DNA of 64,000 bases from Myxococcota bacterium (GTDB taxonomy: Bacteria; Myxococcota; XYA12-FULL-58-9; JALHOP01), in contig JALHOP010000007.1 in the NCBI GenBank assembly GCA_022842935.1, forward strand, positions 77,592 to 141,591. Direction: 5' to 3'. Every line of letters starts with the position of its first letter. Position 1 is the first letter of the stretch. A program made the translations under genes and the position numbers. Below the pieces are notes generated by a model, which was not told the origin of the DNA, ran no database searches, and was given only the letters and a program-made list of their open reading frames with translations. Positions 20,561 through 30,121 of this stretch are shown in pieces.

Positions 20561-21991
20561 TTGCGTTGTATGCCCGCTGTGGCCGCCGTCGATGTTGGCT
20601 CATCCGCGATTCGCCTGTCCGTCGCGGTGGTGAGCCCCACGGGTTCCCTTGCTGGCAGTGACTTTCACCGCTACGGACTGCGTCTCGGTAGCGACGTCTT
20701 CAGCCGTGGTGTTATCGCGGACAACACCTCTCGCTTGCTTGTCGACGTCTTTGGCGACATCGCCGGCAAGCTCCGCGAGCACGACGTTTCGAGTTATCGC
20801 GCCGTCGCGACCAGCGCGATGCGCGACGCCGGCAACGGGCGGGACATCGCGCGGGCCATCCGTGACGCCACCGGCGTCCGCCTCGAGATCATAAGCGGCC
20901 GTGAAGAAGCGCGGCTCGCCCGGCAGGCGCTCACCCGTTCACTTGGCTCATCGGCGACCGGCGCTCTGCTCGTCGACATCGGTGGCGGTAGCCTCGAGAT
21001 CGAGACCTCACGCCGGGCTGCGCGCTCCTTGCCGTTCGGCACGGTTCGGCTAGTCGAGCGCTATCCTGAGCTGCGTGGGCCACTCCGCTTGAAGGCGCTA
21101 CGCGAGGTGCAGCGCGCCATCGCTCGTGACCTCGCGCGGCGGGTCAAGCGGCGCCGCTACGCAGTCGCCATCGCAACCGGTGGTAACCTCGACGTTTTGG
21201 CTCGTCACGCGCCGTTTGCTAGTGGCTTCTGGCCAGCCATCGACCTGTCGCGTCTGCAGCAGCTCACCGAGAGCCTGGCGGCACTGACGGTCGACGAACG
21301 CCGCGAGGCGATGGAGCTTCGCGCCGACCGCGCCGATGTCATCCTTCCAGCCGCGCTCCTGCTGCTCGCCTTGAAGCGCGTGTTCGGCCTGCAGGTCGTG
21401 GTCGTTCCCGGGACCGGGTTACGCGAATCCATCCTGCACGACCTCGTGGCGACAGAGTCAGTGCGTTCGTCCGCTAAAGCGGTTGCTAGGCGTTTCGGGA
21501 TCGATACCAAGCGAGCGGCGCATCGCGCGAGCCTTGCGCGTGGCCTATTCGAAGCGCTGTTGCCGGTGCATCGCCTATGGGCGCCAGCGCTGCGCATCCT
21601 CGAGACCGCGGCGTACCTCTACGACCTCGGCGGGCTGGTCGACGGGGAAGACGCGGCTCGCCACACTGCCTATCTGGTGCGCCACGCCAGCGGCCTGGCT
21701 CTCGACAACCGCTGCCGCGACGTCGTCGGTTACGCTTTAGCGGTCGCGTCTGATGGGCCACTCTTCGAGGCGACCGACGACCTGCGTCCCGATGACTTGT
21801 CGTCTGGCCGTATCCTGGGAGGTATCCTCGCCCTCGCGCACTGCCTCGCTGGTGCCACAAACCGGCGTCAAGTCCGCGTCGACCTCTTGCGCTCGCCGAT
21901 CGTCGTCGACGTGGGCCTCGACCGGCCCATCGATGCGCGGAAGGTCCTGCTCCTCACCCGGGTCCTCGGGCAGCGGGTAAGCGTTTTGTGA
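20561..21991 (+). CDS. Ppx/GppA family exopolyphosphatase / pppGpp phosphohydrolase
   Basis: N-terminal actin-like ATPase motif AAVDVGSSAIRLSV. C-terminal HD-like region (AAYLYDLGGLV...AYLVRHASGL). Confidence 0.75.
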   Translation: MRCMPAVAAVDVGSSAIRLSVAVVSPTGSLAGSDFHRYGLRLGSDVFSRGVIADNTSRLLVDVFGDIAGKLREHDVSSYRAVATSAMRDAGNGRDIARAIRDATGVRLEIISGREEARLARQALTRSLGSSATGALLVDIGGGSLEIETSRRAARSLPFGTVRLVERYPELRGPLRLKALREVQRAIARDLARRVKRRRYAVAIATGGNLDVLARHAPFASGFWPAIDLSRLQQLTESLAALTVDERREAMELRADRADVILPAALLLLALKRVFGLQVVVVPGTGLRESILHDLVATESVRSSAKAVARRFGIDTKRAAHRASLARGLFEALLPVHRLWAPALRILETAAYLYDLGGLVDGEDAARHTAYLVRHASGLALDNRCRDVVGYALAVASDGPLFEATDDLRPDDLSSGRILGGILALAHCLAGATNRRQVRVDLLRSPIVVDVGLDRPIDARKVLLLTRVLGQRVSVL

Positions 21992-22017
21992 GACAGGGGC
22001 GGCCGCGAACGTGACTC

Positions 22018-24318
22018 GTGGTCGTCTCGGGGCTTATCTTGAGGCCGATGGCCACCACCGACTCCACCGAGCTGCTGTCGAACCTCGTCGACGATGTACG
22101 CACCGCCTTCCGTGAGGACCGCACCATCCTCTCGTTCAAGGAGTACTTCGCGGCGGTGGTCGAAGACCCGGCCAAACACCTGCGCTCGTCGGCGCAGTAC
22201 CTGGTCGATATGTTCGAGCACTTCGGCCGCCAGGAGCTCGAGCTGCCCACCGGCAGAGCCACGCGCTTCACGCTCTTCGACGCGCCCTTCGCCGACGGCG
22301 AGGGCCGAGTCGCGGGCCAGGAGCACATCCAGGAGCAGCTCTACCGCATCATTGCGAACTTCGCGCGCGAGGGCCGCGTCAACAAGCTGGTCCTGCTGCA
22401 CGGCCCCAACGGCAGCGCCAAGAGCTCGATGGTGCGCTGTGTGATGGCGGCGATGGAGGCGTATTCGCGCGTCCCCGCGGGTGCGCTCTACAGCTTCAAC
22501 TGGATCTTTCCGAGCGAACGACTCTCGAGCGGCTCCATCGGTTTTTCGAACAACGGCCGACGCGCGCCAGCCGCCGCAGGTGACACCTACGCGTATCTGT
22601 CGGCCGAGCAGATCGACGCGCGCATCCCCGCCGAGATGCATGACCACCCGATCTTCTTGATCTCGCAAGAGCGACGCGCCGACCTCTTGAAAAAGCTCTT
22701 GCCAGAGTCCGCCAAAACGGTCGAGAACCCTGACGCGCCGCCGCGCGCGAGTATCAGCGATTACCTGCGCTTCGGTGATTTGTCCTACAAGTCGCGCAAG
22801 ATCTACGACGCTCTGCTTGCGAGCTATGACGGCGATATCGACAAGGTGCTCTCGCACGTTCAGGTCGAGCGCTTCTATCTTTCGAAGCGCTACCGCCGCG
22901 GCGTCGCCACCATCGAGCCGCAGATGTCGGTCGACGCCCGTATCCAACAGATCACCGCCGACCGTTCGCTTGGCTCGCTCCCGAAGGCGCTGCAACACAC
23001 ATCGCTCTACGAGCTCTCGGGGCCGCTGGTCGATGCCAACCGGGGTGTCCTCGAGTTCAGCGATCTGCTCAAGCGGCCAGTCGAGGCGTTCAAGTACCTT
23101 CTCAACACCATCGAGACCGCGACCGTTTCGATGGACTCGTTCGTGCTCCACCTCGACATGGTGTTCCTCGCATCGACCAACGAGATCTACCTCGACGCCT
23201 TCAAGGAGCACCCCGACTTTGCGTCGTTCAAGGGGCGTATGGAGCTCGTGAAGGTCCCGTATCTACTGCGCTACAAGGACGAAAAGGCGATCTACCAGCC
23301 GCAGATCACGCCGCGCGTCGTAGGTCGTCATATCGCACCGCACTCCATCGACGTTGCCGCGCTCTGGGCGGTGCTCACCCGCATGCGCAAATGTGATGCG
23401 TCGCTCTATCCGAAAGAGATGCGTGGGGTCGTCGACTCGCTCACGCCTTACGAGAAGCTGCGGCTCTACGATGAAGGCGAGACGCCCGACCGGCTGAGCA
23501 ACCGTGAGTCCGCCGAGCTCCGGAATCTCGTCCACCAGCTCTACCGCGAGTCGCTTGGCTACCCGAACTACGAGGGCCGCTTCGGTGCCTCGGCGCGCGA
23601 GATCCGCACAGCGCTGCTCAACGCCGCCCACCACGACACGTACCAGTATCTGAGCCCCGTCGCCGTGCTCGACGAGCTACGCGAGATCCTCAAAGCCAAG
23701 AGCGTCTACGAATTCCTGCGCCAAGAGGTGGTCGGCAAGTACCACGACCACGAGGCATTTCTGAAGCAAGCCGAGCAGCACTACATCCACTGGATCGATG
23801 AAGAAGTGCGCGATTCGATGGGGCTTGCCACCGAGTCGTCGTACGGCGAGCTCTTCACGAAATACGTGAGCAATGTCTCGCACTGGGTGAAGGGCGAGAA
23901 GATGCTCGACACCGTCTCGGGCCAGTACCGCGACGCCGACAAGGCGTTCATGGCGGAGATCGAGGGCGTCTTGATGAGCGAAGGTGAGCGGTCCGAGGAC
24001 TTCCGGCGGGCGGTCATCGGCACGATCGGCGCCCGTGCTCTCGAGAACCCCAACGCGCGACCCAACTACAACGAGCTCTTCAAACACTACATCGTAAGGC
24101 TACGCGAGGACTTCTTCACCAAGCGTCGCAAGGTCATCGAGCGCAATATCGAGAATTTCTTGAAGCTCACGAGCGACGATAAGGGCGTCGGCCTCGACCC
24201 CAAAGACGCCACGCAGGCGAAGGCCATGCTCGAGCGCCTCGTCACGACCTACAGCTACACAGAGCCCTCGGCGCGTGACACGGTCGCTTTCTTGCTCAAG
24301 CGCAAATACGCGGGGTAG
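22018..24318 (+). CDS. prkA: PrkA-family serine protein kinase (AAA+ type)
   Basis: Walker A LLHGPNGSAKSS and a PrkA-type AAA and C-terminal domain architecture. At 766 aa it is longer than the roughly 630-645 aa of characterised PrkA/YeaG. Confidence 0.8.
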   Translation: MVVSGLILRPMATTDSTELLSNLVDDVRTAFREDRTILSFKEYFAAVVEDPAKHLRSSAQYLVDMFEHFGRQELELPTGRATRFTLFDAPFADGEGRVAGQEHIQEQLYRIIANFAREGRVNKLVLLHGPNGSAKSSMVRCVMAAMEAYSRVPAGALYSFNWIFPSERLSSGSIGFSNNGRRAPAAAGDTYAYLSAEQIDARIPAEMHDHPIFLISQERRADLLKKLLPESAKTVENPDAPPRASISDYLRFGDLSYKSRKIYDALLASYDGDIDKVLSHVQVERFYLSKRYRRGVATIEPQMSVDARIQQITADRSLGSLPKALQHTSLYELSGPLVDANRGVLEFSDLLKRPVEAFKYLLNTIETATVSMDSFVLHLDMVFLASTNEIYLDAFKEHPDFASFKGRMELVKVPYLLRYKDEKAIYQPQITPRVVGRHIAPHSIDVAALWAVLTRMRKCDASLYPKEMRGVVDSLTPYEKLRLYDEGETPDRLSNRESAELRNLVHQLYRESLGYPNYEGRFGASAREIRTALLNAAHHDTYQYLSPVAVLDELREILKAKSVYEFLRQEVVGKYHDHEAFLKQAEQHYIHWIDEEVRDSMGLATESSYGELFTKYVSNVSHWVKGEKMLDTVSGQYRDADKAFMAEIEGVLMSEGERSEDFRRAVIGTIGARALENPNARPNYNELFKHYIVRLREDFFTKRRKVIERNIENFLKLTSDDKGVGLDPKDATQAKAMLERLVTTYSYTEPSARDTVAFLLKRKYAG

Positions 24319-24352
24319 GGTTTTAACGCCAAAACTAAGCTAGGGTAACGCC

Positions 24353-24802
24353 ATGTCGAGCTCCACGGCCGCAGCGCGCAAGAAATTCCTGGTCCCGTTC
24401 AACTTCAGCCGCAAGTCCGAGATGGCGCTCGACTTCGCCCTCCGCTATGGCGCACACATCGAAGTCGATATTTACATGTTCCACGTCTTCGAGGGGAAGG
24501 CCGGCGACTTCCGCAAGCTCGACCGCCAAAACGAAGAGTACCTCGAGCGCATGAAGCTGACGGTGAACCAGTGGGTCGAGCGTGCCGCGCAGGAGGGCAT
24601 CAACGCCCAGGCGCACGACGTCCATCGCCGTGTCGCCAACGGAAAGCCCGGTCTCGAGATCTTGAAGATGGCCGGCGGCATCAACGCCGACATGATCATC
24701 ATGGGGGCCCCGACGTCGTTCGGGTTCAGGCGCCTGCTCTCCAAGACGCCTTGCACCACGGTGCTCGTGAAGGATAAGGACCCGGCGTTCGTCGTCGCGT
24801 AA
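24353..24802 (+). CDS. universal stress protein (UspA family)
   Basis: Usp fold with an ATP-binding-type C-terminal motif (IIMGAPTSFGFRRLLSKTPCTTVLV). Confidence 0.75.
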   Translation: MSSSTAAARKKFLVPFNFSRKSEMALDFALRYGAHIEVDIYMFHVFEGKAGDFRKLDRQNEEYLERMKLTVNQWVERAAQEGINAQAHDVHRRVANGKPGLEILKMAGGINADMIIMGAPTSFGFRRLLSKTPCTTVLVKDKDPAFVVA

Positions 24803-24845
24803 GCCCCTATTGTGTGGGCTCCGGCGCGTTTCGGGAGCCTTGACC

Positions 24846-25337
24846 ATGGCAGGCGCAGCAGAAGAGAAGAACGAAAATCCGACGCGCTACACCGACATCG
24901 TGCGCGGCATGAGCAAAGAGAAGTTCGTCGAGGTTCTGAGCGTCTCGACCCGTACGTCGCGCGAGGCCTATTTTCACCGCCACAACATCAAGGCACCGCC
25001 GTCCGGCCGTGGCTTCACCAAGCCTGGCGCCAAGAACGAAGCGCGTGCCGCGGGTCTCTACGAGGCGCTGATGGAGCGCGTCGACGAGCAGGTCGCCGAA
25101 GAGATCGTACGCACCTGGCTACTTGGTAAGCGCCCGATGCTCGCTGCCGCCCTCGACCACTTGAAGATCGCGCACGACAACGGCCTCACCGAAAGCGACG
25201 ACGTTGACCGCTTCGAGAAGCTGTCAGCCGCCGAGCTCAAGGAGATGGTCAAGACGCTCTCCAAGGTCGCTCCCGCGGACGAGATCAAGGCGTATCTCAA
25301 GTACATGGGCGCCGAGAACGTCGACGCAGCGTTTTAG
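24846..25337 (+). CDS. hypothetical protein
   Basis: Start taken at MAGAAEEK, preceded by GGGAG. No motif recognised. Confidence 0.45.
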   Translation: MAGAAEEKNENPTRYTDIVRGMSKEKFVEVLSVSTRTSREAYFHRHNIKAPPSGRGFTKPGAKNEARAAGLYEALMERVDEQVAEEIVRTWLLGKRPMLAAALDHLKIAHDNGLTESDDVDRFEKLSAAELKEMVKTLSKVAPADEIKAYLKYMGAENVDAAF

Positions 25338-25364
25338 GATTCGTGCCAAGGCTAGAGCGCCGGG

Positions 25365-25799
25365 CTAACCCGAAAGTGTCTGTCCACGCCTGAGCCGCGT
25401 GAGCCAGGTGTCGAGCATCGTCTCGAGCTTGCCGACGGTCTCTTCGGAGAGCCGGTCGGCGCTGCTCCAGGTTTGTCCGGGGAATGCGACACGCAGCTCG
25501 GCGGCGTGTCCGTAGAAGCGACTCGAACCGGGCTTTTGGGCCTCGGTCTTTAGGTCCGCGATAGCGTTGCGAACCACCTCGAGCTGGCGTAGTCCAAAGC
25601 TCCCGTCGCCGCTCGACCAGACCGGATGGCCGCTCATGTATGACTCGCTGGAGAGGAAGGCGCGGCGACCTTCGCTGCCGCGCTGCCAGATGAGGATACG
25701 GAAGCTGTCAGCGGGGGTCGGCACGAAGTCGCCCGCGTGATCGTCAGCGTCCCGCAGGGCGGGTCGTTCGAGCGGAAAGGGTGGGGTCTGTTCGTTCAT
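25365..25799 (-). CDS. hypothetical protein
   Basis: ORF convergent with the upstream gene. Start taken at MNEQTPPF. No motif. Confidence 0.4.
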   Translation of the reverse strand: MNEQTPPFPLERPALRDADDHAGDFVPTPADSFRILIWQRGSEGRRAFLSSESYMSGHPVWSSGDGSFGLRQLEVVRNAIADLKTEAQKPGSSRFYGHAAELRVAFPGQTWSSADRLSEETVGKLETMLDTWLTRLRRGQTLSG

Positions 25800-26138
25800 G
25801 ACGGGGGGCGCGGCGAGCAAGCAGAGTGCCACGATGTCATGGTTGCTAACTGGTTGAATTTACGTTGTCCTTGTGTGGTTGTTATGACCACAGTGTGGGT
25901 TTGTATCCACTTTGTGCCCACTATTGCCCTCACTTTTACCCCACACGGATGACTTCGAGCTCGGAAGCCTCGCGGTCGAAGCCGGCGCGCGCCTGGACGG
26001 GGTGCCCTTCCGCATCGGTTGGTCGACTGGCGATGATGAACATGCCACATGTGGATCGACGGCGTGCCGATGCCGGAGCTTGCCGATGGGTCCGAGCTGC
26101 CGAGCGTCGAAGGAGAAGCACGAGTTACCGGGCGCAAC

Positions 26139-27170
26139 ATGAACAAAGCCGTCTCGCATGACTTGAAGCTTGGGCGATGGCGACTTCATGCGCTCTGCCT
26201 TACCTGCCTCGTCGCGTTCAACGGTTGCGCTACCGAGTCAGCCCGCATCAACCCGCACGACGTCGCCGCGGCACTGCTCGGCGAGATGAACCCGGCCCCG
26301 ACCATCGACGACCTGCGTGACGCTCGGCAGCGCGCAAACCCTTCGCGCCGGCTGCTCCTCGAGCGGGTGCTTGCCGTTCTCGAGACAGCGCCCGCCGAGC
26401 GCACTGCCACGGGTGCTAGCTTCGATCGCTTCTTGCAGGTGCTCCGCGATCTCATCGACTCCGCGCAAGCGGACGTCGAGGCGCGCCGCGCATATGTTTC
26501 CGCCTTCGTGCAAGCGTCGATTTCACCGGCGCCGCCGCTCAGCGACCCAGCCGTGCTCGCTGACGAAGCCCTGGCGCACGCGCGACGCCTGGTTGCCGCT
26601 TTTCCCGGGGACGGCAAGAGTTATCGGGTGCTCGCCGAGGCGCTAGGCAACGCACAAGAAGACCAGGTCGCTGTGGGCGTGGCGTATAAGCAATGCGTGG
26701 CGCTCGCCCCGGCTGCGGGGTCGTGCGTGGTTCGGCTCGATGCCATCCGCGAGCGATTGCGGGCCCCGCATTGTGGCGGCTCCCAGGTCGCGAGGGCTCT
26801 GGTCTTTCATGCGGCGACCGATGACGGCCAGCTCAGCGAGGAGCCGCAGCTCACACTCGAGGCGACGCCAGTGCTCACCGCAGTTGATATCGCGACGATC
26901 GCGGTCGACCCGACGTCGGACCGGGCGCTCGACATCAGCATCACGCCAGCCGCGGCAAAGACGTTCGGTTTGACGACGGCGCGCCTTGCAGCCTCGCGTT
27001 CCTGGCTCGTCATGCGACTCGGCGAGGTGTCGGTCATCGCCGCACGCGTCACGGGTCCCATGCCCGACGGCGTGATGAGACTCCACACGGCGCGGGAGCC
27101 GGCGATCGACGTTCTACGCAGGCTGTGCGTGACACTCGAGCGGCGCGCCTTGCCACCTGAGCTGCAATAG
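26139..27170 (+). CDS. hypothetical lipoprotein
   Basis: Signal peptide with lipobox (VAFNGCATES) from the Met at MNKAV. Helical, TPR-like composition. Confidence 0.5.
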   Translation: MNKAVSHDLKLGRWRLHALCLTCLVAFNGCATESARINPHDVAAALLGEMNPAPTIDDLRDARQRANPSRRLLLERVLAVLETAPAERTATGASFDRFLQVLRDLIDSAQADVEARRAYVSAFVQASISPAPPLSDPAVLADEALAHARRLVAAFPGDGKSYRVLAEALGNAQEDQVAVGVAYKQCVALAPAAGSCVVRLDAIRERLRAPHCGGSQVARALVFHAATDDGQLSEEPQLTLEATPVLTAVDIATIAVDPTSDRALDISITPAAAKTFGLTTARLAASRSWLVMRLGEVSVIAARVTGPMPDGVMRLHTAREPAIDVLRRLCVTLERRALPPELQ

Positions 27171-27236
27171 CGGATCGCAGTGGGTGACTGCCCTGTGCCC
27201 TGAGCTCGGGGTGGAGGAAAGCGCGGGCAACCGCGT

Positions 27237-29423
27237 TCAGTGACCCTGTCCGCAACGGCTGCAGACGTGGGCGCGTCCTTCGAGACTCATGTCGCCGTCG
27301 CTCGCCGCGACCAGACGACCATTGCGGTCGAAGACCAGCGAGCCGGCGACAGCAGCCAAAATTTCGTTCGGCTTGCCAAAGCGGACGCGGGTGAAGCCAT
27401 AGCCGTCGGTGATGCGCTCGAGCTCGACCACGCCTTCGGCGCTCGTCCAGCCACCGACGCGCGCGGCAAGCGGGCCCTGACCACGCCGAGCAGAATCGAC
27501 GTCGCCGATGGTTGCGACGGGGAGGTCGCGGGTGATGCGCGGAGTGGTGTCAGCGGCGAGGAGGCCCCGTTCCCGCAGGATGCTCTCGAAGCGCGCAACG
27601 GACTCGGGCGACTCGGTTTCGCGCGCGCCGCGCAATAGAGCAGCACCGATATCGTGCAGGGAGCCGCCGTTCTCGGGCATGAACAGCATCGCGGCGTGTA
27701 ACGTGCTCGCGCTGACATCACGCACCCGTTGCACACTGGCGACCGGGTCGGTGGCGCCACGCGCCGCGTCGGACGCCTCGCGAGCGAAGTGCTCGTAGAG
27801 AGCACCCGAGATGATCCGTGAAACATAGTGGTGCTCACCGGCTCGGCTGCCGTCTGGCACTGGCGGGTTCCCGGATGCCGCCGGATCGAGCCCCGCGATG
27901 TCGCTGACGCGAAGCACGCTCGCGGCGTCACGCAGCGCTTGGTTGCCGTCGTCGGCTGGGTCGCGCGTGCTCGAAGCGATGGTGCGCGCGAGTTGTTCGG
28001 CGATACGAGAGACAGAGTTGCTACGGGTGAGATCGCCTTCCGTCTCGGCGAGGGCCGCACGAATCACCTCGGGAGAGTCGAACGCGGTGAGAAGCGCGAC
28101 CGAGTCGCCATAGGCCTCGTGCATGGCGCGCCCTGGCGCCGAGGAGAACATCGCTGGCATCAGCGTCGCGAGCGCCGCGTGACCCGCCTCATGGCTGCCT
28201 ACGAAGCGATCTTGAGCGAGTCGAACGAGCTGCCCGGTGAGTGGCCGGATGCGCGCGATCTCGAACCCCGCCCGCATGAGGTCGCCGCCATAGCGCGCGC
28301 GCGCGCTGAGGGTCAGAAATCTGTCGATGGGTAGAGGCTCTTCACCCGAGGGCGGCCTGGCAAAACCCCCAAAGAGCCTGCCCGCGAGGCCTCCGTTGGT
28401 TTGGCGCGGGTCAGTGATCGTCTCTCGCGCCCGCTCCGCGGTGAGGAGGCGCTCGACCTCGGCGACGTCGTCACGGCGGGCGGCGTCGACGATGGCGCGC
28501 AGCGCGGCAGCTTGCGCCCGCACTTCGCGCAAGCCGGCGGGATTGAGCTCGGGGCGACTTTCGGCGGAGAGGCGCGACTCTGTCTCGGAGACGGCACTCT
28601 CGCGCTCAGCGAGGGCGTGCTCGAGGAACGCGACGCTCGAGCCGTCGAGCGGCACCAGCCGCCCGTCCCGGACGTTACCCAGCGAGCCGAGTTGCACTTC
28701 ACGTGTGCCGCCAACGAAAAACGCGTTCAGCTCCACGCTGCTCGAGCCGACAAACGCGTTGGGGCGCACCGTGAGCTGACCGCCATCGCCCCAAGGGATG
28801 GGGCGCCGTGCCGCGCGCTCGGCCAAGGTGATGGTCTGGTTCGCGGCATAAAACGCGGTGGTCTGAGCCGTGTCCACCTCTGGGGCGTCGAAGTGGCCCT
28901 CGGCGTTGGCGGTCACGGGTGCGACCTGGCTCGGCTCGGTGATGACGTTGGTGGTGAGCAGGCCGATGAGCGGCAGCTGCGCAAGACCCGGGATGTTCGA
29001 CTCGGCCGTCTTGATGTCGCCATCGACGGCGATGCGCACACGCGGACCTTCGAGGAGCGAGGGCGCGTTACGCGTGCAATAAAAGGCGCTGCCGGGGAGG
29101 CTCGCAACCGTGGCTGGCCGACTTCCGTCGTCTTGGTGGACCCGGAGGTTTACCCCCGGGGTGGTGCAGATCGGCGGCCGCAAGGCGCCCGCTGAGCCTC
29201 GGGTGATTGGGGGAACACCGAACGGGAGCCCCGGTAGATTCACCTCGGGTCTCTGAACCTCGCGCTCGGGGTTGCGCACGTCGGTGGGGGCTGCGCCTTC
29301 GCCTGCACCTGCAAGGGCGGCACGGGAGGGGATACGGGTCGGCGCGATTGGAGTCACTTGCCTCGCATCCTCTCTGGTGCGCGATACACGCCACCTAGTT
29401 TCGTTCAGGATGTTTATCGGCAT
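27237..29423 (-). CDS. M4 (thermolysin-like) zinc metalloprotease homologue
   Basis: HEAGH (HExxH) motif followed about 20 residues later by HEAYGDS, which matches the thermolysin xEAxSD third zinc-ligand motif. No obvious N-terminal signal peptide. C-terminus ends CSRCGQGH. Start uncertain; the only Met is at 29423. Confidence 0.55.
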   Translation of the reverse strand: MPINILNETRWRVSRTREDARQVTPIAPTRIPSRAALAGAGEGAAPTDVRNPEREVQRPEVNLPGLPFGVPPITRGSAGALRPPICTTPGVNLRVHQDDGSRPATVASLPGSAFYCTRNAPSLLEGPRVRIAVDGDIKTAESNIPGLAQLPLIGLLTTNVITEPSQVAPVTANAEGHFDAPEVDTAQTTAFYAANQTITLAERAARRPIPWGDGGQLTVRPNAFVGSSSVELNAFFVGGTREVQLGSLGNVRDGRLVPLDGSSVAFLEHALAERESAVSETESRLSAESRPELNPAGLREVRAQAAALRAIVDAARRDDVAEVERLLTAERARETITDPRQTNGGLAGRLFGGFARPPSGEEPLPIDRFLTLSARARYGGDLMRAGFEIARIRPLTGQLVRLAQDRFVGSHEAGHAALATLMPAMFSSAPGRAMHEAYGDSVALLTAFDSPEVIRAALAETEGDLTRSNSVSRIAEQLARTIASSTRDPADDGNQALRDAASVLRVSDIAGLDPAASGNPPVPDGSRAGEHHYVSRIISGALYEHFAREASDAARGATDPVASVQRVRDVSASTLHAAMLFMPENGGSLHDIGAALLRGARETESPESVARFESILRERGLLAADTTPRITRDLPVATIGDVDSARRGQGPLAARVGGWTSAEGVVELERITDGYGFTRVRFGKPNEILAAVAGSLVFDRNGRLVAASDGDMSLEGRAHVCSRCGQGH

Positions 29424-29862
29424 GCTGACGCCGATGGTGCGTGAAAGTGCAAAGGGCTATAGTCGCCAGTCTGTGGCGTTCGTTCGCGTAGCATCACGTG
29501 GCAGCAGCATGTGGCCGACGCTCCGGCACGGCGACACCTTGCTCGTCGACAACATGGCGCCGCCCGCCGTTGGCGACATCGTCGTGCTGCGAGCGGGTGA
29601 GGGGAGCTTTATCGCCCACCGTCTGGTGGCCATGGCAAACGGCCTGGTGCGTTGCACGAATGCCCGCGGCGAGCCCGACCCCTGGGTCAGTCGAGACCAT
29701 GTGTTCGGGCGGGTCGCCTGTGTCGAGCGCGATGGGCGCTTGCTCGCGGTTGGGCGCGAACCGCCAAATGTGCGTATCCTTTGGGCGTTGCGTTCGAGCT
29801 ATGGTCTAGCGCGACGCATCGCGCATCGCGTGCGCAGGAGCCTTCGTGATCGCCAAGCGTAA
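29410..29862 (+). CDS. S26-family signal peptidase of the ER/archaeal (SipW-like, Ser/His) type
   Basis: Catalytic Ser box GSSMWPTLRHGDTLLVD, then GDIVVLR. A His (IAHRL) sits where bacterial type-I SPases carry the general-base Lys, as in Sec11/SipW-type enzymes. Start approximate; Mets are available at 29410, 29422 and 29434. Confidence 0.6.
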   Translation: MFIGMLTPMVRESAKGYSRQSVAFVRVASRGSSMWPTLRHGDTLLVDNMAPPAVGDIVVLRAGEGSFIAHRLVAMANGLVRCTNARGEPDPWVSRDHVFGRVACVERDGRLLAVGREPPNVRILWALRSSYGLARRIAHRVRRSLRDRQA

Positions 29863-30121
29863 GTCACATGTCGTCGCGCGCCAGGTCGACGACGAAGCCG
29901 TGCTCGTGCCCATCCGCAACGACGCGTCGACGCCGCTCGCCATTCACGCCTTGGGGCCGGTCGCCGCTTTCGTATGGGGATTGTTGGATGGGGCGCGGGC
30001 GAGCGATGTCATCGCGGACATGGTGAGCGACGAGTTCGAGGTCGACGCGGCCACGGCGCGCGTTGACGTCGCGACCTTCTTGACCGAGCTCGAGGCTGCG
30101 GGTCTCGTGGAGGTCACATGA
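29846..30121 (+). CDS. PqqD-family protein (RiPP recognition element / peptide chaperone)
   Basis: Canonical PqqD/RRE pattern (VVARQVDDEAVLV...AAFVWGLLDGARASDVIADMVSDEFEVDAATARVDVATFLTELEAAGLVEV). Its stop overlaps the radical-SAM start (ATGA). Confidence 0.7.
   Translation: MIAKRKSHVVARQVDDEAVLVPIRNDASTPLAIHALGPVAAFVWGLLDGARASDVIADMVSDEFEVDAATARVDVATFLTELEAAGLVEVT

Noticed and set aside
21868-23211. 447-aa ORF on the minus strand inside prkA
   Set aside because: It lies fully antisense to a well-supported PrkA gene and has a low-complexity Arg/Asp/Leu-rich translation, which is typical of spurious antisense ORFs in high-GC DNA.
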